Sequence record: SRR31156797_5453
Length of the DNA stretch: 64,000 nt
Strand: one strand, 5' to 3'
Shown: positions 8,738 to 16,887 of the stretch, piece after piece
Layout: each line of letters opens with the position of its first letter
How positions within the stretch are numbered: position 1 is the first letter of the stretch
The notes under the pieces: generated by a model
Database searches by the model: none
What the model saw: the letters and a program-made list of their open reading frames with translations, nothing else
Told to the model about the DNA's origin: nothing
Position numbers and translations under genes: made by a program

Positions 8738-11700
8738 ATGAAGAATACCCCGCACAAGGTAATAATTGCGATCATTATTGGATTATTAAGTGTGCAAACT
8801 TTTTTTCCAAGTCTGAGCAGTATCCTATTGCCGGAAATCCACGCCATCGATCACACGATTGAACCGTTGGACGAAACGCAGAATATGTCCTTGCTTGATA
8901 AAGCAACACAACCGATCCAAACAAAAGAATTTGACATCCATCAACCTTTTTTTCAGTTTCCAGTTAGTGTGATTGAAGGTGTCGTGGATCAACCGATCGA
9001 CGTTTTCGTCGTATCAAGCCAACCTTTAAATGAGATTACGCTAGTTGTAGCGAAAGAAGCAGCGATCGTGGAAGAAGAATTTGCTGCAGAAGTGAAGAAT
9101 AAGAAGCTGTCTGAAGAAGAACAGGAATGGACGCTCACCTTTGATGAAGAGCTAATGGAGTTCGAGATTCCTATCGTCTTTAATAAAATAGGCGATTATC
9201 GACTTTTTATAGGTGAAGCGGAACTAACGATCGAAGTACAGGCAGAAGATGACGGGGAAGAGGACTTGGATGATGATGCAGATAATGAAACGATCGAGAC
9301 AGAGGTCTCACCATCAGACACGCCGCAGGAAGGGGAACGAACCACGCAACCTTCTAATGACGCGAACCTAAATGAGAATCAGCAAGACACAGAAGCTGAC
9401 CAAGCAGAAGCAATTGCCCAATTGACAGAACCAGTCACACCGTTAGACGAAATCAGTCACCGGGATGTTTCCAACTGGCAAGAGTTTATGGCGGCAATCG
9501 TGAATAGAGAAGTAAATTATATCAATATCGTAAATGACTTTAAATCATCAAACAATCCTACTCAAGGAGTTTCTGGAGTCGCTGCGGGAAGTGCAACTTC
9601 CAACCCAACAAATGGATTAGCCTATATTTGGACCAATGCTTCTGGAATTTCAAGAACGCTTGTGATCGAAGGCAATGGGTATCAAATCGACTTTAGAGCT
9701 GTTGCTGTCGGATTTTATGATAGTACCGTCAATAGTGCAACGCCGTGGGACATCACGTACCAAAATATCGATATCGTTCATGGCAACTATTATGGCTTCA
9801 TGAATTTTACGAATATGAGCATTCCCCAACAGAATCTATCCAGAATGCGCTACCATAATTTGACCAATGCGGGAAATCAATTGATTCACTCGCACGCAAC
9901 ACCTGTCGTTATGTCTGGCGAGGTAACATCGCATCAATCACCGACGTATACGTCCCGATCAGGACGAGTACAAACGATCAACGCAACGAATCAGGTAAAT
10001 ATGGAAATAACCCAATTAGAAGTTCTCGATAACGCAGTAGTTGACATGTCAACGATTAATGCGGGAAATATTTATTTGTACTATGCAACGGGGCGAATGA
10101 TTATTGGCGATGATGTGAAAATGACCTTGCGAACAGCTGGTACAGGAGGAGAAGCCTTTGGGGCAAATATTTACATTCAAAATGGTCGGATCGATATCGG
10201 TAATCGATCAGAGCTTCATTTGAACGCTCGAGCCAACTCCCCCGCAATCAGTATGTATGCTAGCGGCGCCCACTTTGAAATGTCTGAGGATAGCAAAGTG
10301 GTAATCAGAGCTGACGGACGTACCACAAGCCTCAATGGATGGGGCTATAACATTATCTACATGGGTGCTGGAAGCACGATGCTTATTGGAAATAAAAGCA
10401 GTGTCGAAATTGATGCAGTGAATCAAGGGACCACCACCTCCGGAGTGATCCATGTAGCCGGTGCCGCCACATTTATTGTTGCTAAAGAAGGAGTCTTGGA
10501 TATTAAGTCGGACGGAACCAATCCCTCTCATTCCTTGATGACATTTTTGAGCTCGGCCTCAACCTTCACTTTTGCGGATGCACAACGCATCAATTTAGAG
10601 AAAACAAGGGCGGTTACCGGAAATGCAGCAAATAGCAGCCTTATTTCGATTTCCGGCAGCGGCGGGCTATTAGATGTGGATATTCAAGCAGCGAAGCAAT
10701 GGCGGCATGGAAACTTGACGGAGGAACCAGACTTCAGTTGGAGTCCAATCTTCAATTTAAAAGTGAATTTTGCCTCTACCTTGTCATCGATTTCGAATGT
10801 TTCTTCCATCTCACAAGAGATCGTTGATCATTTTCGCGCGAATTTTACCACAAGAGCACAACGTATTCTATTTGAATATATTCCAGATGTCGAGGTTCAT
10901 TTAGAACCATTAACGGAAGATCCGGCACTGGAAGGCTCAAGAATCATTAGGGGAAAAGCCACACCATATAGTGTGATTCGTTTTGACGGAGATCCAGCGA
11001 TTCCCGCACCGCAACTGCAATCACCCTCTTTTGATGATAACAGCTTGTTTCATCTTCAAGCAGATGCCAATGGTGATTTCAGCTTGACCTTAGCCGAGGG
11101 GGAGCGGTTTACAAAACATAATACGGTGACGGCTTACGCTTTCTTAAATGGAAAATTTGATACAGCTGAAACAGTTGTTCAAGAGATTGCCACAATGAAT
11201 CCACGAGATCCGATCGCGCCAGATATTGAAGTGAATCCAGAAAATAAACCGGATATACCAGAACATTTAGGGTTTATCAGTATCGATTTCATCTCCCAGT
11301 ATAGCTTTGGAGATGTATCAATAAGTGCAGATACCAAACAGTACAAGGCATTGCCACAACGTCTTAGCAGTGCTGATGGCTCAGTAACTGAGGAACGGCC
11401 AAATTACGTGCAGATTTCTGACCGGCGCGCTCAATTTACCGGCTGGGAATTAAACGCGACATTATCCGCTGCAGGATTTCGTAATGATCGAGGAGAAGAA
11501 CTTCGGGGTGCACGAATTATTTTAGAAAATGCAGTTATGCTGACGAATGCCGCCAATTCAGCAATTCCTCCCACTTATAGTGAATCAATGATCCTTGATC
11601 CTGGGGTACCCGCTTTGATCGCTGAAGCGGATGCAAATGAAGGAAGCGGTACCTGGATTCAGCGCTACGGGGATATGGGGACGATGGGGGATAGTGTCAA

Positions 11701-11791
11701 ACTTGAAGTACCCATTGGATCAAATCCGCGTAACATGACCTATCAAGCAACGATTGAATGGGAGTTAAGTTTTGTCCCATCTACCGAATGA
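8738..11791 (+). CDS. Large WxL protein with acidic linker, beta-helix/pectate-lyase-like adhesive region and C-terminal WxL domain (CscC-like)
   Basis: Signal peptide; VSNWQEFMAAI...LVIEGNGYQIDF start of a beta-helix-like region rich in Asn/Gly/Ile; C-terminal YVQISDRR..GWELNA and YQATIEWEL. Confidence 0.85.
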   Translation: MKNTPHKVIIAIIIGLLSVQTFFPSLSSILLPEIHAIDHTIEPLDETQNMSLLDKATQPIQTKEFDIHQPFFQFPVSVIEGVVDQPIDVFVVSSQPLNEITLVVAKEAAIVEEEFAAEVKNKKLSEEEQEWTLTFDEELMEFEIPIVFNKIGDYRLFIGEAELTIEVQAEDDGEEDLDDDADNETIETEVSPSDTPQEGERTTQPSNDANLNENQQDTEADQAEAIAQLTEPVTPLDEISHRDVSNWQEFMAAIVNREVNYINIVNDFKSSNNPTQGVSGVAAGSATSNPTNGLAYIWTNASGISRTLVIEGNGYQIDFRAVAVGFYDSTVNSATPWDITYQNIDIVHGNYYGFMNFTNMSIPQQNLSRMRYHNLTNAGNQLIHSHATPVVMSGEVTSHQSPTYTSRSGRVQTINATNQVNMEITQLEVLDNAVVDMSTINAGNIYLYYATGRMIIGDDVKMTLRTAGTGGEAFGANIYIQNGRIDIGNRSELHLNARANSPAISMYASGAHFEMSEDSKVVIRADGRTTSLNGWGYNIIYMGAGSTMLIGNKSSVEIDAVNQGTTTSGVIHVAGAATFIVAKEGVLDIKSDGTNPSHSLMTFLSSASTFTFADAQRINLEKTRAVTGNAANSSLISISGSGGLLDVDIQAAKQWRHGNLTEEPDFSWSPIFNLKVNFASTLSSISNVSSISQEIVDHFRANFTTRAQRILFEYIPDVEVHLEPLTEDPALEGSRIIRGKATPYSVIRFDGDPAIPAPQLQSPSFDDNSLFHLQADANGDFSLTLAEGERFTKHNTVTAYAFLNGKFDTAETVVQEIATMNPRDPIAPDIEVNPENKPDIPEHLGFISIDFISQYSFGDVSISADTKQYKALPQRLSSADGSVTEERPNYVQISDRRAQFTGWELNATLSAAGFRNDRGEELRGARIILENAVMLTNAANSAIPPTYSESMILDPGVPALIAEADANEGSGTWIQRYGDMGTMGDSVKLEVPIGSNPRNMTYQATIEWELSFVPSTE

Positions 11792-11810
11792 TCGATGCTC
11801 AATCTTATCA

Positions 11811-11845
11811 AATGGAAGCTGTTGACGCCTATGACAGCTTCCATT
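11811..11845 (+). other. Inverted repeat after the large WxL gene (12-bp stem, no strong T tail)
   Basis: AATGGAAGCTGT / ACAGCTTCCATT. Confidence 0.6.
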
Positions 11846-12090
11846 CTTGATAGGAAGACAGTGAATAAATCGGTTGAAAAGCAGTGGATTTTAACGCTTT
11901 TTTATGGTAGATCACGCTGCTGAGCAAAATCTGCTTAAGCTAGCTAAATCAATCGTTTGCTTCAAAAATAATCGCGAAGATACAGAGTTCACCTAAACTC
12001 GTGCAAAAACTATTCAAGCAACTTTGAATCAGTTCGTCAGGTTTTGATCAAAACCAATGATGCCGGCTGAAACAAGAGAAAGGAAACTGT

Positions 12091-14142
12091 ATGAAGAGTA
12101 GAAAAAAGAAGTCATATTTAACATTATTCAGTGCTGGGATTTTAGCAAGCCAACTTTTTGTTTCTCCCGTATTACTGGCGAAAGAAAGCCCTCAGCCTGA
12201 TAACTATTCAGAAAATACAAATGTCGAACAGCAACTTGATGACCAAGATTCATCGGCAGCAGAAGCCCAAGAGAGTCAAGAAGACGTCAGCAAAGAGCAA
12301 ACGGAGGGCTCGACCGAGTTATCCTCCGAATCAAATGAGCCGCTTATGGATTCAGAAACAGCAGATACCGTTGTAGAATCTCTTGATTCGTCTGAAGAAG
12401 CAGACTCAACGCAAACGACCGAGTCATCGGAAACGACCGAACTAGAGGAATCAGAGTCCGCGGAACCTTCCGAGGAAGAGGAAAAAATAGATGCTGAAAC
12501 GGACGATCTAGAAGTAGAAACAGAGAACAAGCCAAAAGAGACCGACTTGATTGATGAGTCATTGGCACCAAAAGAAAATGAAATTTCAACTGAGAGCAAC
12601 GAAAATACTGAAAATGCAAAAAAAGAGGAGCCGAAAACACCTCCGATTATTGCACCTGAGCAAGTAATAAACCCTGTCGTTCAATCACCAGATGCTACTT
12701 CTCACTTGAAAAATTCTTTTTATGATGGACGTACCATTGATATACCAGAGAGTTTTCGGGCAGCAAAGATCGCAGATTCGAATCTGTTAGATTTCACCTT
12801 GCCGATATTAGCTGATTATGATGCGCAATGGCAAGCGGCATTCGTCTACGAGATCATCGGGCAAATTGGTGAACTAGAAGAACCATTGACGATGGACGAA
12901 TGGATCAATGAACGGATCAAAGCGGTTATAAAAGGAGAAGCTAGCTGGATAGAAAAAGAACAGCAGGTTGAACAATTACAACCGGGGGATCTTTTATATG
13001 ACGCAAATAAGTTAATCGGTATCTACCTCGCAGATGGTTACCAAGCAAGTTTAGTGACAAATCAAGAAGAGCCAACGAAAACTGCCATCGAAGTTCAGCG
13101 GGTTTCTATCGAAGAGCTGCTATCGATCAGACGGCTATCAAATCCTGAATTGGCTACATATGGCGAAAAGCTAGTTACTGAATATCCAGCCCCTTACGAA
13201 TTTACAGTGAATCAAAAGACCCAGACGTTTATTGAAACATTGGCACAAGAAGCCCAAAGCTTAGGGCAAGAATACGATGTCTTTGCTTCTGTATTGATCG
13301 CGCAAGCGATCCTTGAAAGCGGCAGTGGCGACAGCGGGCTTTCCAGCAGTCCCCATTATAACCTTTTTGGGATCAAAGGCAGTTATCAAGGAAACAGCGT
13401 GACTTTACCAACAATGGAAGATAAAGGCAACGGAGAACTATTCCAAATTCAAGCCGCCTTTCGTTCCTATTCAAGTTATCGAGATTCCATGGCTGATTAT
13501 GTCAAATTGATTCGCGGAGGAATCACTGGAAATCCAACCTTTTATCAAGACGTGTGGCGCTCTGAATCAAAAAACTATCTTCGGGCAGCAGATGCTTTGA
13601 CGGGCACTTATGCGACCGATGTTAATTATAGTAAAAAAATCAATTCACTGATTGCGGTCTATGGATTGACGCAATATGACCAAGTGATCGCAACAGAAAC
13701 AGGCTTGTTTATCCAACGAAAAGAACAAATTCCAGAAGAGTATCGCTCCCTCATGACATTTCGAGAATACAACGGTCGTGACTACAATCTTTCTGGTTCG
13801 TATCCTGTTGGACAATGTACTTGGTATGTGTTCAATCGCGTGAGTCAATTAGGCGGTCAAGTAGATGACTACATGGGAAATGGTGGTCAATGGGGCAATA
13901 CCGGACGACGTTTAGGTTACAACGTCAGTCAAACACCTAAAGCAGGCAGTATGATCTCTTTTGCACCTGGAACAGCTGGATCTGATCCTCGTTATGGTCA
14001 TGTCGCTTTTGTTGAAGCCGTTGGTCCAAATGGTATTTTGGTTTCAGAAGGAAATGTCTATGGTGGAACCACAATCTCTTATCGCGTGATCAGCAATGAA
14101 TTGGCGCACTCATCAAGTGTTTCATATATTATGCCAAAATAA
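12091..14142 (+). CDS. Secreted peptidoglycan hydrolase: acidic disordered N-terminus, GH73 domain and C-terminal CHAP domain
   Basis: [15 protein letters not shown], YATD (GH73); [19 protein letters not shown], VSEGN (CHAP); signal peptide; AAAGGA RBS. Confidence 0.9.
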   Translation: [683 protein letters not shown]

Positions 14143-14160
14143 GGATGGAGGGCTGGCAAT

Positions 14161-14640
14161 ATGAGTAAAAGGCATAGACAAATAGGTCTTCCTATCAGCG
14201 GTATCTTTTTGATGGTCCTTTTGCTTATTGCGTTTCTTCAGCCGTATCGACTGGCGTTAGTCAGAGGAGCGTCCATGCTGCCGACGATCGAGGATCGACA
14301 AGTTGTGCTGATCCATAAAAAGCGCCAGCCAAATCGCTATCAGCTGATCGCTTTCGAACAGGAAGGGAAATTTTTGGTCAAGAGAGTGATTGGTGTGCCG
14401 GGAGATTCCTTCGTTCGTACACAGGAGCGTTTATTGATTGGGGCGGAGGATACTGACTTTGATTTTTCATTTATGATCACTGTGAAGGATGAAGCCTTTG
14501 AGGCGTTGCCGATTCGGGGGTACCTCAAAGAAGATGAGTACTTTGTCGTTGGCGATGCACTGCTCACTTCAAGTGATAGTAGAGAATTTGGAATCATTTC
14601 AAGTAAAACCTTTTATGGTGTGGTGATCACGTTCTTCTGA
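14161..14640 (+). CDS. Type I signal peptidase (S26 family), accessory paralog
   Basis: N-terminal TM; VRGASMLPT (Ser), LVKRVIG (Lys), GD...SSDSREFG. Confidence 0.85.
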   Translation: MSKRHRQIGLPISGIFLMVLLLIAFLQPYRLALVRGASMLPTIEDRQVVLIHKKRQPNRYQLIAFEQEGKFLVKRVIGVPGDSFVRTQERLLIGAEDTDFDFSFMITVKDEAFEALPIRGYLKEDEYFVVGDALLTSSDSREFGIISSKTFYGVVITFF

Positions 14641-14761
14641 CACATCAGCTTCTTGAAAGGAAGCTTGCGATGATTCATTTCTTGCAACATATCAACGAGA
14701 CTAAGTTTGTATCAAAAGGGATGAATAAAACGAATTTTAGTTTTGATGGAAGGAAGAGACT

Positions 14762-15613
14762 GTGATTTTTATTTATATTGGGATGATACTACTTGCCATT
14801 GGAGCAGGTAGTATCATCGGTTGGCGATTGTATCGAGAATATTTATTAAGAAAAGTTGAAAAGCAGCTGTCGTCAGATGCTTTAGCCAAAAGGAAACTGC
14901 GTTTATTTAAGCACAACCTGCGTAGTGGGCACTTGCTAATTGTATTGGGATGCAGTAGTGCCATAATCGTAAGTGTCTTGCTATTAACAGTTTTTCAACT
15001 GACAGGCGGCATTCATTTGCAAAAGCTGCAAGAAGAAACCAGTCAATTGAAAGAGGAAGTCTTCGCGCTAAGAACTGAGCAAACGGAATGGATGCGTATG
15101 CCGATTTTTGCTTATCCTGAGAACGGCTTTGCTTTTGAAGCGATTGATTGGGAGCATTTACTCGTATCCAATGATCGTGAAGCACAGTTTGCAGCTGAAT
15201 ATGAGTTGGCCTATCAGTTATCACCATATCTAGGTCGCACCGTAGCGATGATTTTTGTTGATCAGCCCTTGCAAGAAATCTCGATTGTTCTATCTAGCAA
15301 ATTACCATCAATTGATGACTTAAACGGATGGGAAGAAAATTTTTCTCGTCTACTACATGATATGCAGAACGTTCCCTTGATCACCCAAGGAACCTTCTCT
15401 GTTCAATTTTCCAAGGATTCTGATCAGTCCTTTGAGCAGACGATCATTCGTGATGAGAATGGAGTTTGGACCCTTTTAGAACGCAGCTTTCCAAACACTG
15501 ACGCTCAAGAAGTAGCTAATAACGAGGGGAGCGAAAGCATATCCTCTACTCCTCAAACGGATCAAAGTGAAACGATCAATACAAATGAACAAAAAGGCAG
15601 TGTGAAAAATTAA
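14762..15613 (+). CDS. Hypothetical membrane protein (2 TM, short coiled coil, soluble domain)
   Basis: GGAAGGA RBS with GTG start; two hydrophobic helices; LQKLQEETSQLKEEVFALR heptad pattern. Confidence 0.75.
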   Translation: MIFIYIGMILLAIGAGSIIGWRLYREYLLRKVEKQLSSDALAKRKLRLFKHNLRSGHLLIVLGCSSAIIVSVLLLTVFQLTGGIHLQKLQEETSQLKEEVFALRTEQTEWMRMPIFAYPENGFAFEAIDWEHLLVSNDREAQFAAEYELAYQLSPYLGRTVAMIFVDQPLQEISIVLSSKLPSIDDLNGWEENFSRLLHDMQNVPLITQGTFSVQFSKDSDQSFEQTIIRDENGVWTLLERSFPNTDAQEVANNEGSESISSTPQTDQSETINTNEQKGSVKN

Positions 15614-16812
15614 TGATGAAAAAGAAAAACAAAGGTTTGTTTTCTGTCCAAAAGCTAATGGATGAAGTAAATCAATTATCCATAGGAGAGCTGAATGAAT
15701 TTGAGGAGACAAATCAAGAAGAGGGAATCATTGAGGATCAAGGGTCCGCAAAGGCTACGCCTGAAAAAAAAGAGAAAGGAACCAATCGACAAGCGGACAA
15801 TGAACCCCCTAAAACCCAGAAAGAAACAGCGAAACCTGTCGCACAGACTTTAGCAAAACCGATTTCTCACCAAAGAGTGCCTGTTGATCAACAGACAGAT
15901 CAAAGTGTCAAAAAGATAGCAGTGCAGCAAAAATCCTCTGGTAACCGTGATAACCACGCCAAAGATAGTCAACTCGTTGAAGACAAAGGAGAACGTATGG
16001 AGAAAGAATTGAGTATAAACCAGACACATAAGCAAGAGTCAGAAGAACAAGAAAAGGATCATATGATTGAAAATTTATCTTTTGAAATTAAAGAATTGAT
16101 TTTAGAAAATGAGCAACTACAGGAAGAAAAAAAACAGTTAAAAAAACAGCAGAAGATAGTGGCTCAACAAGAAGCAGAGGCAAAAGAATTAAAAGCTTCG
16201 CTAGTAGAAGCGAATAAGAAAGTCAAAGACCTAGAAGAACAGCTTACAAAAGTAGATACAGAAAAACTTGAAGCAAAGATCCAGCAATTAGAAGCTAAGT
16301 TAGCTGTTCAGCAAGAAAAAGAGCAAAAAGAGAAACAAAATTACGAAAAGGAACGCGCTGAATGGACGTTGAAGCGGCAAGAAATCCAGCAGTTGCAAGA
16401 AGTAATTGCTGATTTGAAACAGCAATTGGCAGAAAAAGAAGAGCTTGCAGCAAAAGTTTCAGCTAGCGAATCAAATGAAGAAGTCGCAGAGCTTCAGGCG
16501 AAGATCGAAGCACTAAGGGAAGAAAATGCAACCCTACAAATCGAAAACGAGCAGTTCCAAACAGAAATCAGTGAGGTTTTAGTCTTTGCTAGAAGAAAAG
16601 CAAATCGCACGATTCAAGAAGCGAAGATCGAATCTGAACGAATGATCCGTACGACAGAAATGCGAATCGATGGCATTCATGATCGTGCCAAGGAGATTCT
16701 TTTTGAAGTGAACGAGACGAAAGAAAATGTGATTCATTTGTTTGACGATCTGCATAATCAAGTTTATCAGCTTTCAGATAAAAAATTGCTTTTTGAAGAG
16801 CTTGAAAAGTAA
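15613..16812 (+). CDS. Long coiled-coil protein with a DivIVA-like C-terminal segment
   Basis: Glu/Lys/Gln heptads over about 200 aa; EISEVLVFARRKANRTIQEAKIESERMI; start overlaps the upstream stop (TAATG). Confidence 0.75.
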   Translation: MMKKKNKGLFSVQKLMDEVNQLSIGELNEFEETNQEEGIIEDQGSAKATPEKKEKGTNRQADNEPPKTQKETAKPVAQTLAKPISHQRVPVDQQTDQSVKKIAVQQKSSGNRDNHAKDSQLVEDKGERMEKELSINQTHKQESEEQEKDHMIENLSFEIKELILENEQLQEEKKQLKKQQKIVAQQEAEAKELKASLVEANKKVKDLEEQLTKVDTEKLEAKIQQLEAKLAVQQEKEQKEKQNYEKERAEWTLKRQEIQQLQEVIADLKQQLAEKEELAAKVSASESNEEVAELQAKIEALREENATLQIENEQFQTEISEVLVFARRKANRTIQEAKIESERMIRTTEMRIDGIHDRAKEILFEVNETKENVIHLFDDLHNQVYQLSDKKLLFEELEK

Positions 16813-16838
16813 GCTTCTACATTTATATGGTCGTTATT

Positions 16839-16876
16839 AAAAAAACAGTAGATCAAAATCTGATCTACTGTTTTTC
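16839..16876. terminator. Bidirectional terminator between the accessory block and ponA
   Basis: aaaaaacagtagatca-aaatc-tgatctactgtttttt. Confidence 0.88.
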
Positions 16877-16887
16877 ACTATTCTCAG

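Noticed and set aside
4950-16887. Prophage, ICE or conjugative element as the explanation for the accessory block (suggested by the hydrolase)
   Set aside because: No integrase, relaxase, VirB4/VirD4 ATPase, phage structural gene or flanking direct repeat was seen.
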